From NCBI GenBank assembly GCA_045535965.1, contig JAZSMR010000089.1:4457-68456 (forward strand): a DNA stretch of 64,000 bases, in the 5' to 3' direction. The position numbers were made by a program, and so were the translations under genes. This DNA comes from Acutalibacteraceae bacterium (lineage in GTDB: Bacteria; Bacillota; Clostridia; Oscillospirales; Acutalibacteraceae). The notes beneath the pieces were generated by a model. The model saw only the letters and a list, made by a program, of their open reading frames with translations. It was not told the origin of the DNA and did no database searches. Shown in pieces: positions 8,866-18,504 of this stretch (within the stretch, counting starts at the first letter, position 1; every line of letters begins with the position of its first letter).

Positions 8866-10068
8866 TTAAAAAGCGACATTATCAACTGTGCATCTGATTT
8901 CGCCGTCGTGTAGTTTTACTCTGATTTTATCGCCTGCTTCAGTATTTTCGCAGGATTTAATCGGTATTCCGTTATCGTCTTCAACTATACCGTAGCCTCT
9001 TAAAAGCACCTTTAAAGGGCTGATTGCATCAAGCCTTGAAGCATAGTGTCCGATAGCGTTTACATAGAAATCAATTTTATTCTTAATTGCAATACTGATT
9101 TTTTCATCACAAGCCGAAAGAAGCTGACTGTACAGATTTACAGTGTTCCGGGGGCTGTGCAACTCTAAAATATTCTTGCAAGTCAAAAGCTTCACCTGAT
9201 ACTTGTCCAGAATCTTTGCCATACCTGTTTCAAGTGAATCAAGACACTTATCAACAGTAAAAAGAACTTCTCTGTAATCAGGTACACAAAGCTCGGCAGC
9301 TGCTGAGGGCGTTGGTGCTCTCAGATCGCTTACAAAATCTGCAATAGTAAAATCAGTTTCGTGGCCAACGGCTGAAATCACAGGTATCTTTGAATTGTAA
9401 ACAGCCATAGCGACTATTTCTTCATTAAAAGCCCATAAATCTTCGATTGAGCCACCGCCGCGTCCGACAATAAGCACATCGGCAGCGTTGTATTCATTAA
9501 ATTTATCAATAGCAGTAGCAATTTGCGGTGCGGCTGAATCGCCTTGCACCTGAACGCCTTCAAAAATAATCTCTGCTAAAGGATATCTTCTTTCAAGTAC
9601 AGTTAATATATCCTGAATCGCAGCTCCCGTAGGTGAAGTTATAACACCGATTCTTGACGGTGCCTGCGGTATGTTTTTTTTATGCTCCTGCCTGAAAAGT
9701 CCCATATTTTCAAGCTTAATCTTGAGCTGTTCAAAAGCTAAAGTAAGCTCTCCGAGACCGTCAGGTATCATATCATCGCAGTAAAGCTGATATACGCCGT
9801 CTCTTTCATAAAGGCTTACATTGCAGCGTATAAGCACCTTCATACCGTTTTCGGGAGTAAATTTCAGTCTTGATGCGGCATTGCGGAACATAACAGCTTT
9901 TATACAGCAGTTTTCATCCTTAAGAGTAAAATAAAGATGACCGCTTCTGTAATGATTAGTGAAGTTTGAGATTTCACCTTCGACATAAATGTTTTTTAAA
10001 TTGATATCCTGCTCAATTATCGATTTAATATATGTATTAATCTGACTTACCGTTAAAATGGTTGACAT
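8866..10068 (-). CDS. xseA: exodeoxyribonuclease VII large subunit
   Basis: N-terminal OB-fold region (TVSQINTYIKSIIE...) with typical length and context. The start is trimmed to MSTILTV (ATG 10068); the track ORF carries a 21-aa extension that looks implausible. Confidence 0.93.
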   Translation of the reverse strand: MSTILTVSQINTYIKSIIEQDINLKNIYVEGEISNFTNHYRSGHLYFTLKDENCCIKAVMFRNAASRLKFTPENGMKVLIRCNVSLYERDGVYQLYCDDMIPDGLGELTLAFEQLKIKLENMGLFRQEHKKNIPQAPSRIGVITSPTGAAIQDILTVLERRYPLAEIIFEGVQVQGDSAAPQIATAIDKFNEYNAADVLIVGRGGGSIEDLWAFNEEIVAMAVYNSKIPVISAVGHETDFTIADFVSDLRAPTPSAAAELCVPDYREVLFTVDKCLDSLETGMAKILDKYQVKLLTCKNILELHSPRNTVNLYSQLLSACDEKISIAIKNKIDFYVNAIGHYASRLDAISPLKVLLRGYGIVEDDNGIPIKSCENTEAGDKIRVKLHDGEIRCTVDNVAF

Positions 10069-10141
10069 TAATCCGAATTCTCCTGAAACGCGGCAAATCT
10101 GCACCACCGCAAAGTGCTGCAAACGCCACAATTTTTCTTAT

Positions 10142-10540
10142 TTAGTTTCTTACTTTTTTAGCAACTGCACCGAGCACACCGTTGACATAAGAGGAATCGT
10201 CTTCGCTGGCATATTTTTTTGTTATCTCGACAGCTTCGTTAATTGCAACACCGACAGGCACATCTGTAAACATAAGCTCACAGACAGCAAGACGCAGTAT
10301 TGCACGGGAAACACGTGAGATTCTTTTTGCTGACCAACGCACAAGATTTTCATTTATGGTATTATCTATTACCTCGATATTATCATAGACCTTTCTTGCG
10401 AGTTTTTCAGCGAAAGCATTTTCAGGAAAGAGCTCAAGCTCCAAGGCGTTTTCTATTATCTCAACAACCGTTAAATCTTCCTGAAAGCCTTTCTCAAACA
10501 CAAGAATAAAAGCTAATTCCCTTGATTCGTGTCTAGTCAT
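10142..10540 (-). CDS. nusB: transcription antitermination factor NusB
   Basis: 132 aa, with a typical N-terminus (RHESRELAFILVFE) and typical length. Conserved position upstream of xseA. Confidence 0.93.
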   Translation of the reverse strand: MTRHESRELAFILVFEKGFQEDLTVVEIIENALELELFPENAFAEKLARKVYDNIEVIDNTINENLVRWSAKRISRVSRAILRLAVCELMFTDVPVGVAINEAVEITKKYASEDDSSYVNGVLGAVAKKVRN

Positions 10541-10602
10541 ATTTTTTATCCTTCCTTATCGGCAAGATGTTACTTTACCGATTTGTTTATATAATCTGTA
10601 TT

Positions 10603-10631
10603 ATTATACCACCAAAATTCGAATCCTACAA
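10603..10631 (-). promoter_or_regulatory. sigma-A-type promoter of nusB with extended -10 (TTGTAG-17-TATAAT, with TGG directly upstream of the -10 hexamer)
   Basis: The minus strand reads TTGTAG (10626-10631, directly after the spoIIIAH stop), a 17-nt spacer ending in TGG, then TATAAT (10603-10608). Confidence 0.5.
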
Positions 10632-11204
10632 CTATTTTATCTCAATTATTGTTAAATTTTCTGAAGAAATTTCTGTATTTTTTTCGATTATTTCTGTAAT
10701 TTGCAGTATAAGAAGGTCATTTAATGTATTTTCTTCCAAAACCACCTGACAAGTACCCTCATTAATTATAACGAGGCACTCTCCCCCGACCTTTGCTTTT
10801 ATGAGGTTTTCCGCATCTGTTTCAGACTTTATATCAGACTGAAAATCCGATAACATTACTGTTATTCTGTTCTTTGTATCGCTGTCAATGTTCTCGCTGT
10901 CAGCTAATTCTTTTATGCTGTCAATAATTGCATCGTGTGACTGCTTCCTTTTGAGCTTTGCGTCTGCAAAATAGTCACTGCCGTTATTTTCTTCATCAGA
11001 TAACGATTCCTCATCTGATGTGTCTGAGGCTGTCGTACCGCCAACGTAAAGTGAATCACCAAGGTTACCGCTTACAGCCTGAGTAGTGATTTCACTGTTT
11101 CCATCAAGTTCAGGCGTGTTTGTGTAGTACCAATTAACTGCGACGGCGGCACCTAAGGCAACAATTAGAGTAGCCGTCAGTATCTGTTTGCTTTTTAATA
11201 CCAT
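10632..11204 (-). CDS. spoIIIAH: stage III sporulation protein AH
   Basis: 190 aa. Single N-terminal TM segment (ILTATLIVALGAAVAVNWYY), an acidic linker, and a C-terminal YscJ/FliF-like region. Last gene of the spoIIIA operon. Confidence 0.85.
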   Translation of the reverse strand: MVLKSKQILTATLIVALGAAVAVNWYYTNTPELDGNSEITTQAVSGNLGDSLYVGGTTASDTSDEESLSDEENNGSDYFADAKLKRKQSHDAIIDSIKELADSENIDSDTKNRITVMLSDFQSDIKSETDAENLIKAKVGGECLVIINEGTCQVVLEENTLNDLLILQITEIIEKNTEISSENLTIIEIK

Positions 11205-11218
11205 AATACAATTTCCTC

Positions 11219-11743
11219 CTATTTTGCCATTGAGGCAACACTGATTTTATTTGAGCTAATATCAAAAAGAGCTGACAAGGCTGATATTATCTGCTCCTTT
11301 ATTACCGGATTTTCACCACCCTGGCATACAACAGCCACGCCTTTTACTTCAGGCAGGATAATTTTCAGTTTAAGACCATCTTCTTTCTCTCCGGAGTCTA
11401 AAATTATGTATTGACTTGCAAAATCTCTTTCACCCTTAATATCGGTATTTTCATCTTTGTCATAAGCGTATACTGTTTCTTCATAGCTTTTATAAGTCAG
11501 CATAACTTTCACTTTTCCTGCGCCCTCAATAGTCTCAATAAACTTTTCTACTTCAACTGCAAGCTCACTTTCACTGTGTATATTATGACTGTCTGACAAA
11601 TACTGCTCATCTGCATCCTTCTCATTACCAGTTTCGGATATCATTACCAGAAAGATTCCGATAAAGCCTATTATAAGTATCATCAGTGTCTTTTTATCCT
11701 TTTTCAGCCTTTCAAAAAAAACCTTCATCTCATCTTTATTCAT
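11219..11743 (-). CDS. spoIIIAG: stage III sporulation protein AG
   Basis: N-terminal TM segment and a C-terminal motif typical of SpoIIIAG (LPEVKGVAVVCQGGENPVIKEQI). ATG 11743 is preceded by AAGGTGA; the track ORF starts at GTG 11752. Confidence 0.85.
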   Translation of the reverse strand: MNKDEMKVFFERLKKDKKTLMILIIGFIGIFLVMISETGNEKDADEQYLSDSHNIHSESELAVEVEKFIETIEGAGKVKVMLTYKSYEETVYAYDKDENTDIKGERDFASQYIILDSGEKEDGLKLKIILPEVKGVAVVCQGGENPVIKEQIISALSALFDISSNKISVASMAK

Positions 11744-12215
11744 TATTTTCACCTTCGAAAGCTACAATTGATATATCAAATCCAAGAGAAACCGACCAAT
11801 TTTCGATAATCTGTCTTTCAGCTTCGTTTAAGTCAGGGGTGACTTTTATTCTTTTTACGGCAATTTCATCGTTGCTTAGAGCACAATCACATTCAAATCT
11901 GCATTCAATATTGTTTTCCTCAGCCTTGGTATAAAATAAATCTTCAATTGCCTTTTCTGCTGAATTTATCATAGAGCTCATTGCGTATTTGTCGATGTTT
12001 TCACTGACCTTATAGTTATCATTCAGAAAATCGCTTATGTTAAAGTCAATTATATTTTTTCCTAATAACGGCTGCATAAGTACATATATAAGAATTATAC
12101 TTGTAATTAACTTGAAATAATTTTTGTGCATACTTTTTGGCAATGCCGAAATTAATACTCCGCTCATAATCGAAACAGCTGAAACCGTAAGTGTCCATTG
12201 TCTGATTTTATCCAT
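11736..12215 (-). CDS. spoIIIAF: stage III sporulation protein AF
   Basis: 159 aa with two N-terminal TM segments. The assignment rests mainly on its position between spoIIIAE and spoIIIAG. Confidence 0.8.
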   Translation of the reverse strand: MDKIRQWTLTVSAVSIMSGVLISALPKSMHKNYFKLITSIILIYVLMQPLLGKNIIDFNISDFLNDNYKVSENIDKYAMSSMINSAEKAIEDLFYTKAEENNIECRFECDCALSNDEIAVKRIKVTPDLNEAERQIIENWSVSLGFDISIVAFEGENNE

Positions 12216-12220
12216 TTGCT

Positions 12221-13345
12221 TTATCCTCCGTTTTTCACTGATAAGAGTATGCCTGTAGTAATGATAAGAATAAACATCTCAAAAACGCACAATAAAAGCA
12301 GAATTCTTATACCGCAGGAAAAGCATCTCAGCACATCACCTGTTTGGTGTGCATATACAGAATCTGAAACATAGCCGAGCACACTGAAGGATATGTAATA
12401 AGCGAGAGTTTCAAAGATAACCGGGACATTAATAATAATTATTACAAGTATTCCGATAACTGCGGTGGAACCTTTAATAAGATTTATACTGCCGAGCAAA
12501 GAAGAATATGCCTCACTTATGGAAGAACCTACAATCGGTATCAGTGAGCCTATCAGAAATCGTATTCCTTTAACTGAAAGAGAATCAACAGACATCGAAA
12601 GTATATTCTTTATACCCAGAAACCCAGTAAATAAAGATGCGCTAAGGCCCAAAACCGTGCTTACTATCCTGTTCACGGCAGCGATAAATCTGTTAACGTT
12701 CATTGAGCTGTTAAGAGAAAATGAAACACTCAGGCAAAAAAACGCTCCTATCAAATCCGTTGCGCCCGAGGTTATGACAGATGATATAAATTCCGCTAAT
12801 CCCATAACCAATGTGTTATATGTAAGTGCCGAAGCAGCATTTCCGCTCAAAGATATTATCAAAGTATAAATAGGGACAAATGAGAGCATAAATTTTCCGC
12901 TCATTTCAAGAACACTCACTACTGACGATAGAGTATCTGAAATTGTGTTAACGGTTAACAGGGTTACTACTATCACACTTAAAACAGAAATAAGGCTGTT
13001 ATCTGAGTCGTCTTTGAACAAAGCTGTAATTATTCCGGTAAGCATCACTACGCTCAAAAGCTCAAAAAACACCTTTGAGCAAACTTCTACTCTGTTCTTG
13101 AGAGTTACAGAAAAAAAACTTGTTATATTTTCAAATGAGATATTGTAAACATTATCAAAATTCAGGTCTTGCAGTCCTATGTCCTCGAGGATATCAAGCA
13201 CTTCATCATCAATTACAGAGCGGAGTTCGCCTTTTATATCGCTTTCGATGCTGTCAATGTTTTCGTAATCAATTGCAGGAGTTGAGAGGGCGCTTATGTG
13301 AATAAAAAATATTAGGAATAAGAGAAAAAATATTGACTTTTTCAT
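12221..13345 (-). CDS. spoIIIAE: stage III sporulation protein AE
   Basis: 374 aa. Signal peptide followed by multiple TM segments. ATGA start/stop overlap with spoIIIAD, and operon position. Confidence 0.88.
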   Translation of the reverse strand: MKKSIFFLLFLIFFIHISALSTPAIDYENIDSIESDIKGELRSVIDDEVLDILEDIGLQDLNFDNVYNISFENITSFFSVTLKNRVEVCSKVFFELLSVVMLTGIITALFKDDSDNSLISVLSVIVVTLLTVNTISDTLSSVVSVLEMSGKFMLSFVPIYTLIISLSGNAASALTYNTLVMGLAEFISSVITSGATDLIGAFFCLSVSFSLNSSMNVNRFIAAVNRIVSTVLGLSASLFTGFLGIKNILSMSVDSLSVKGIRFLIGSLIPIVGSSISEAYSSLLGSINLIKGSTAVIGILVIIIINVPVIFETLAYYISFSVLGYVSDSVYAHQTGDVLRCFSCGIRILLLLCVFEMFILIITTGILLSVKNGG

Positions 13346-13725
13346 GTTATAAATGCAGTTGCCGTCTTAATTATACTTTCAATAAAAGGTAGAGAAATAA
13401 TTAAAAGCATAATCCTGCCTCCAAAATCTATCATATCCGATACTGTAGCATTTCCGCTTTCTTTTGCAATGTCTGACGCAAGCTTTGTCAGAATACATAC
13501 TGTACCTGCTTTCAGAAGAGATGAAAAGATCTTACCGGTCGATGAAGAAACACTCAGTAAATCACTTATGCTTTTTAGTGATTCTACAGCGCTGTCGAAA
13601 ATCAGAAAAATAACTGCTATGACAAAAACAACATTAAGTATAACAATATACACACTTTGATACTGCCTCAAAACCAAGCTGATAAGACATACGCATATAC
13701 CGAGAAAAACAATCTTTAATATCAT
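13342..13725 (-). CDS. spoIIIAD: stage III sporulation protein AD
   Basis: 127-aa four-TM protein with the typical size and operon position. Confidence 0.85.
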   Translation of the reverse strand: MILKIVFLGICVCLISLVLRQYQSVYIVILNVVFVIAVIFLIFDSAVESLKSISDLLSVSSSTGKIFSSLLKAGTVCILTKLASDIAKESGNATVSDMIDFGGRIMLLIISLPFIESIIKTATAFIT

Positions 13726-13726
13726 A

Positions 13727-13921
13727 TCAGAAATCTAAAATCTCTCTTACTCTTGAAAATAAATTTTCAACTTCAGGAATTATCATAACAACGACGATAA
13801 TGATTCCGGCAAGAGTAATTAGCATAACATACTCTCCTTTATCGGATTTTGCCAGTATCTGATTCATAACAGCAACTATAATACCTATTGCGGCAATTTT
13901 AAATATAAGATCAACCTCCAT
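13727..13921 (-). CDS. spoIIIAC: stage III sporulation protein AC
   Basis: 64-aa two-TM protein (MEVDLIFKIAAIGIIVAVMNQIL...). ATG 13921 is preceded by AGGAGG; the track ORF has a 15-aa upstream extension. Confidence 0.85.
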   Translation of the reverse strand: MEVDLIFKIAAIGIIVAVMNQILAKSDKGEYVMLITLAGIIIVVVMIIPEVENLFSRVREILDF

Positions 13922-13938
13922 ATTTATCCTCCTTTGAT

Positions 13939-14442
13939 TTATATTATCAGAATAAAAATCATACATCCCGACAGCACTGAAAGTGTCATAGAAAGAGTGC
14001 CGTATTTTTGTTTTTGTGCTTTCGCTCTATCCAGAAATTCATTGAAGTACAGCAGATGAAAATTCAGCATATTGATCTGACTTTCTGTGTTACTCGTACC
14101 AAGATTTAAGCCTAAGTGCAACAGTTTATCCTTTTCGTCTCTCTTATAATATAGCGACGTATTTTCAAGGGAAATCTTCCATGCGGCAGGAAAATCGTAA
14201 CCGTTTTTTACTAAGCCGCAGCATTCGCTGAGGAAACTGAGTTCATTGAGGTGCTTTTTAGTCTTTATGTCATATACCATCTCATACACGGGTAGGTTAA
14301 GATATCCGAGCTGTATTTTCATTGCCTGAATCATCAGAATCGTTTTTTCTAATAATACAATACGCTTTTTAAGCTTAATAGAATAAACTGCACCCGCATA
14401 AATCAGACTTGTCCATATTAAACCTGCGCCTAATAATTTCAT
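13939..14442 (-). CDS. spoIIIAB: stage III sporulation protein AB
   Basis: 167 aa from ATG 14442 (AGGAG, 7 nt, ATG; MKLLGAGLIW...). N-terminal and C-terminal TM segments. Size is close to B. subtilis SpoIIIAB. Confidence 0.85.
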   Translation of the reverse strand: MKLLGAGLIWTSLIYAGAVYSIKLKKRIVLLEKTILMIQAMKIQLGYLNLPVYEMVYDIKTKKHLNELSFLSECCGLVKNGYDFPAAWKISLENTSLYYKRDEKDKLLHLGLNLGTSNTESQINMLNFHLLYFNEFLDRAKAQKQKYGTLSMTLSVLSGCMIFILII

Positions 14443-15397
14443 CACGGAGCTCCTTTGTGTCATAGACAGCTTTAACCGAACCGATATACTCACCCGAATT
14501 CAGAAGTATAAGCCTGTCGAAGGAGTATGTGTTCAGCAATGCTTCAATCTGAGGTCTGAAAATCAGCTCTTCATAATCACAGGCGTGTACAGACACTATA
14601 AATTTTACTCCGGAATTCACACCAAGGCGTATTGCTTCAATTTCCGAGTCCTCAGCAACTTCATCAACAGCTATAATGTCCGGTGACATAGTTTTTATGG
14701 CTGTCATTATTGCTTGTCTTTTCGGATAGCAGCTGAGAACATCGCTGTTAAGACCGATGTCATTCTGAGCAATGCCGGCATTCATACAGGCAATTTCCTG
14801 CCGCTCATCGATTACACTTACCTTGTAGGATTTGCCGTATACGTTAGTTGACAGACGCCTTATCAGGTCTCGCAAGACTGTTGTTTTACCGCTTGATGGC
14901 GGACCCGCAATAATGCAGCTTACAGCCTGATTACTGAAAAGATTCTCAACAATCGTATCTGAGCAGCCCTTTACCTCTCGTGATACTCTTATGTTTATGC
15001 CGCTGATGTCCCGTATTGATGTGACATTTCCTTCGCTGTTTGTAACTGCCGTGCCGACAATTCCCGCTCTGTGCCCGCCCTGGATGGTTATGTAACCGTT
15101 GACGATTGAATTCAGATGGCTGTGTACAGAATAGCAGCAAAGCCTGTTAAATGTATCGGTTATCATCTCGGTTGATGCCGTAAAAGTTTCGTCGATACTC
15201 ACCCCGGTATTGCCGGCATTCAGCAGATAATAGCTCCCGTACCTTCCGTAGAGAATCACCGGTCTTGCACTTCTCAGGCGGATTTCATAAGTCTGTGTTT
15301 TTATATATGTCGGCAAATCAAGTAGCAAGCGCTTCAACTCGCCTCCGATAATACTGACAGCACTGTCAAATCTTTTTTCGTCAGATACTTTGTCCAT
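14375..15397 (-). CDS. spoIIIAA: stage III sporulation protein AA (AAA+/secretion-type ATPase)
   Basis: 340 aa with Walker A (GPPSSGKTT) and Walker B (IIAVDEV). First gene of the eight-gene operon. Its 3' end overlaps spoIIIAB by 68 nt. Confidence 0.92.
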   Translation of the reverse strand: MDKVSDEKRFDSAVSIIGGELKRLLLDLPTYIKTQTYEIRLRSARPVILYGRYGSYYLLNAGNTGVSIDETFTASTEMITDTFNRLCCYSVHSHLNSIVNGYITIQGGHRAGIVGTAVTNSEGNVTSIRDISGINIRVSREVKGCSDTIVENLFSNQAVSCIIAGPPSSGKTTVLRDLIRRLSTNVYGKSYKVSVIDERQEIACMNAGIAQNDIGLNSDVLSCYPKRQAIMTAIKTMSPDIIAVDEVAEDSEIEAIRLGVNSGVKFIVSVHACDYEELIFRPQIEALLNTYSFDRLILLNSGEYIGSVKAVYDTKELRDEIIRRRFNMDKSDLCGCSLFY

Positions 15398-15427
15398 TTT
15401 TTCACCTTCACTTTTCAGAGATATTAA

Positions 15428-15452
15428 AGCTTATGAAGAAGGGCAATAATAT
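15428..15452 (-). promoter_or_regulatory. candidate sigma-E-type promoter of the spoIIIA operon (weak)
   Basis: The minus strand reads tctATATTattgcccttcttCATAAGCT about 30 nt upstream of the spoIIIAA ATG. It resembles the sigma-E ATATT / CATACA-T elements, but the spacer (12 nt) is shorter than I would expect. Confidence 0.2.
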
Positions 15453-15549
15453 AGAACAAAAATCAGTAAATTTATAAAATCTACTTGAAGTTGATAGGTT
15501 TTTATTGTATCATAATAGTTAAATCAGTAACCGAGAAAGAAGGCAAGTA

Positions 15550-18456
15550 ATGGTTAAGAAAATCAATAAACTCTGGGATGACAACAGATATATGATATAC
15601 GCTTTTCTTGCAACTGCAGGAACAATGCTTATAATCTACTTCTGCAACTCAATGGTACCCTTCGGCGATAAGACAATACTCAGAATGGATCTTTATCATC
15701 AGTACGGTCCGTTGTTCGCTGAGCTTTACGAAAGAATAATGAGCGGGGCCTCACTTACATATTCGTGGGTGTCCGGTCTCGGAAGCTGTTTCTTAGGAAA
15801 CTACTTCAATTATCTTTCAAGCCCTATCGGTGCAATTATTATGTTCTTCGGGCATAAAAATATGCCTGAGGCTATTGCAGCAATGATTCTTATTAAAGCA
15901 GCTTTGTCGGCATCTGCATTCACATATTATCTTAAGCGTTCACTGAAAAGTCAGTCCTTTGCTTCGACTGCCTTCGGAATTATGTATGCTTTTTGTGCGT
16001 ATATGCTTGCCTACTACTGGAACGTAATGTGGATTGATGCTATGGTGCTTCTCCCCATAGTCCTTTTAGGTATAGAAAGAATAATAAACCATGGCAGGCC
16101 TGCAACTTATATCGTGGGTCTTTCACTTACTATGTTCTCTAACTACTATATGTCATATATGCTTTGTCTTTTCTCAGTTATATATTTTATATATTATTTT
16201 TCAGTTAATAACGGATTGGACTCACTTGTAAACAGAAGAGCTGAAGCTCCCGGTATTGTTCTTAAGGTGGCTAACAATAAATTCCTGAGAACAGGCACTG
16301 TGTTTGCTCTTTCTTCTTTCGCTGCGGCAGGTCTTATGGCTTGCGTGCTTTTACCTGTATACAGTGTCCTCAAATCAAGCTCTGCAACATCAGGCTCTTT
16401 TCCCGAAGATTTCTCAACATACTTTAATTTCTATGATTTCTTCGCTAATCATTTCGCCGGCCTTACAACAACGATAAGAAGCAGCGGCGATGATGTGCTT
16501 CCGAATGTTTATTGCGGTGTTCTTACAATCATTCTCGCACCTATGTATTTCTTTACGAAATCAATATCAAAGAAAGAAAAGGTTGCCACTCTTCTTCTGC
16601 TCGGAACTTTATACGTTAGCTTTAATGTTAATATGCTTAACTACATCTGGCACGGCTTTCATTTCCCAAATGATCTGCCCTACAGACAGTCCTTTATATA
16701 TTCATTTATTCTTCTTGTAATCGCCTATAAAACCTTTATCCGAATCAGAGAGTTTAAATCAAGGCATTTTGCCGCTGTCGGCACTGCACTTTTAGCTTTT
16801 GTTGTTCTTACTCAGGAGCTTACGTCAAAGAATGTTACCGACAGTACGGTAATTTTCACTATGATTTTAATTGTGCTCTATGTTCTTATACTTACAGTAT
16901 TCAAGGATAAAAAGTATCAGGCGACTTCGGTTGCAGCTCTTCTGGTGGTTTGCGTTTGCAGCGAAGCAGTTATGTGTGATACAACCGCAATGAGCATTTC
17001 CGTTGACAAAACTCCTTATGTATCTGATTTAGAAGAGTTTGAAGAAATTAAAGGTGCTCTTGACACTATAGAAGACGGCAATTTTTACCGAATGGAGCTC
17101 ACTGATCTGCGTACCAGAATGGATCCGTCGTGGTACTACTATAACGGTGTATCCGTATTCTCTTCAATGGCAACGGAAATTGTGTCAAATCTACAGGACG
17201 ATCTCGGTATGATGAGTAACAGAATCAACAGTTATACCTATAATCCTCAGACTCCGATATATAATATGATGTTCTCGCTGAAGTATCTTGTCAACAATGA
17301 GACACCGAACGTTTTAGCTGCACCCTACTATACAAGTGTTGCACAAAATGATACATTTGAAGCCTTTAAAAACGAGTACCATCTGCCTATTGCCTATTGC
17401 GTGAATGAAGATGTGGCAACTTGGGCAACCGAGGATTACATTTCTGACTGGAAGCTTGAAACTTCGGGCGACCCGTTTCAGCTTCAGGGCGAATTTTTCA
17501 ATCTTGCAAGCGGACTCGGTAATCCCTTTGAAAGGCTGGACATTTCATATATAACTTACAGCAACATTAAACCTTTTACCGAGGATATATCTGCTACATC
17601 GTTCTATTTTAATAAAGACAACAGCGATGCCGATGCAACTACTACCTTCTATATAAACACTGAAAAAGAAGGAAATGTATATATTGCTTTCGATGTCTCG
17701 GGTTCAAACAACAAAGACGTTATTGTTAATTCTTCTGTCGGCGTAATTACTCACTCTGCTGATCAGGAGTGCGTACTTGATCTTGGAAGATATGCTGACA
17801 ATGAAACAATTTCCATAACAATACCCTATGAAGAAACAAGCGGTACCGTAAAGCTTTTTGCATACACTCTCAATGACAAGGTGTTCAAAAAAGGTTACAA
17901 TATGCTCAGCGACGGTCAGATTATAACCGAGAAATTTGAAGACAATTATATCAAAGGTACAGTTGTAACTAAAACTGACGGTATTCTCTATACATCAATT
18001 CCTTATGATAATGGCTGGACTGTATATATTGACGGCGCCGAGGTCAAGGAAGAAGACATTCATCAGATTGGTCAGGCGATGCTCGGTGTGAATATTTTAA
18101 GAGGCTCTCACGTTGTCGAGTTCAGATATGAAGCTCAGGGTCTCAGCACAGGTATCAAGATTTCGGTGCTTACTCTTCTTATATTGATTTTAATTACTTT
18201 GTTTAGTAGTTTGAGACGTAAGAAAGAAAAGAAACCGTTACTTCCTGCTTTCCCGAAAATGGGCGACAGATATTCAAGTGCTGTATTCTTACCCGAAAAG
18301 ATAAAAATAAATGTCTCGGCAGCAAAAATAGAGGATATTAATCTTACAGATATATTCTCAGAATCAGCTGATTTGCCAAAGAGAGAAATAATTTCTCCGC
18401 ATATTCCTGTCAAGCGTGAAATATTTTCACCCGAAACCACCAAGGACAAAGAATGA
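15550..18456 (+). CDS. YfhO-family polytopic membrane protein (putative glycosyl transferase/flippase-type)
   Basis: 968 aa. The N-terminus (YAFLATAGTMLIIYFCNSMVPFGDKTILRMDLYHQYGPLFAELYERI) and a many-TM first half followed by a large extracytoplasmic domain and a final TM are typical of YfhO. Confidence 0.85.
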   Translation: MVKKINKLWDDNRYMIYAFLATAGTMLIIYFCNSMVPFGDKTILRMDLYHQYGPLFAELYERIMSGASLTYSWVSGLGSCFLGNYFNYLSSPIGAIIMFFGHKNMPEAIAAMILIKAALSASAFTYYLKRSLKSQSFASTAFGIMYAFCAYMLAYYWNVMWIDAMVLLPIVLLGIERIINHGRPATYIVGLSLTMFSNYYMSYMLCLFSVIYFIYYFSVNNGLDSLVNRRAEAPGIVLKVANNKFLRTGTVFALSSFAAAGLMACVLLPVYSVLKSSSATSGSFPEDFSTYFNFYDFFANHFAGLTTTIRSSGDDVLPNVYCGVLTIILAPMYFFTKSISKKEKVATLLLLGTLYVSFNVNMLNYIWHGFHFPNDLPYRQSFIYSFILLVIAYKTFIRIREFKSRHFAAVGTALLAFVVLTQELTSKNVTDSTVIFTMILIVLYVLILTVFKDKKYQATSVAALLVVCVCSEAVMCDTTAMSISVDKTPYVSDLEEFEEIKGALDTIEDGNFYRMELTDLRTRMDPSWYYYNGVSVFSSMATEIVSNLQDDLGMMSNRINSYTYNPQTPIYNMMFSLKYLVNNETPNVLAAPYYTSVAQNDTFEAFKNEYHLPIAYCVNEDVATWATEDYISDWKLETSGDPFQLQGEFFNLASGLGNPFERLDISYITYSNIKPFTEDISATSFYFNKDNSDADATTTFYINTEKEGNVYIAFDVSGSNNKDVIVNSSVGVITHSADQECVLDLGRYADNETISITIPYEETSGTVKLFAYTLNDKVFKKGYNMLSDGQIITEKFEDNYIKGTVVTKTDGILYTSIPYDNGWTVYIDGAEVKEEDIHQIGQAMLGVNILRGSHVVEFRYEAQGLSTGIKISVLTLLILILITLFSSLRRKKEKKPLLPAFPKMGDRYSSAVFLPEKIKINVSAAKIEDINLTDIFSESADLPKREIISPHIPVKREIFSPETTKDKE

Positions 18457-18463
18457 ATTTAAG

Positions 18464-18488
18464 AGCCTCCCGCTTGATTCGGGAGGCT
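18464..18488. terminator. shared (convergent) terminator hairpin between yfhO and the SASP gene
   Basis: AGCCTCCCG / CGGGAGGCT is a 9-bp perfect GC-rich stem with a 7-nt loop. On the plus strand it is followed by TTAAAATT. Confidence 0.7.
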
Positions 18489-18504
18489 TTAAAATTATGA
18501 AAAG

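Noticed and set aside
10605-10631. ttcgaatcc string resembling a tRNA T-arm in the nusB upstream region
   Set aside because: No acceptor, D or anticodon stems can be drawn around it. The segment is better explained as the nusB promoter (TTGTAG-17-TATAAT, with TGG directly upstream of the -10 hexamer).
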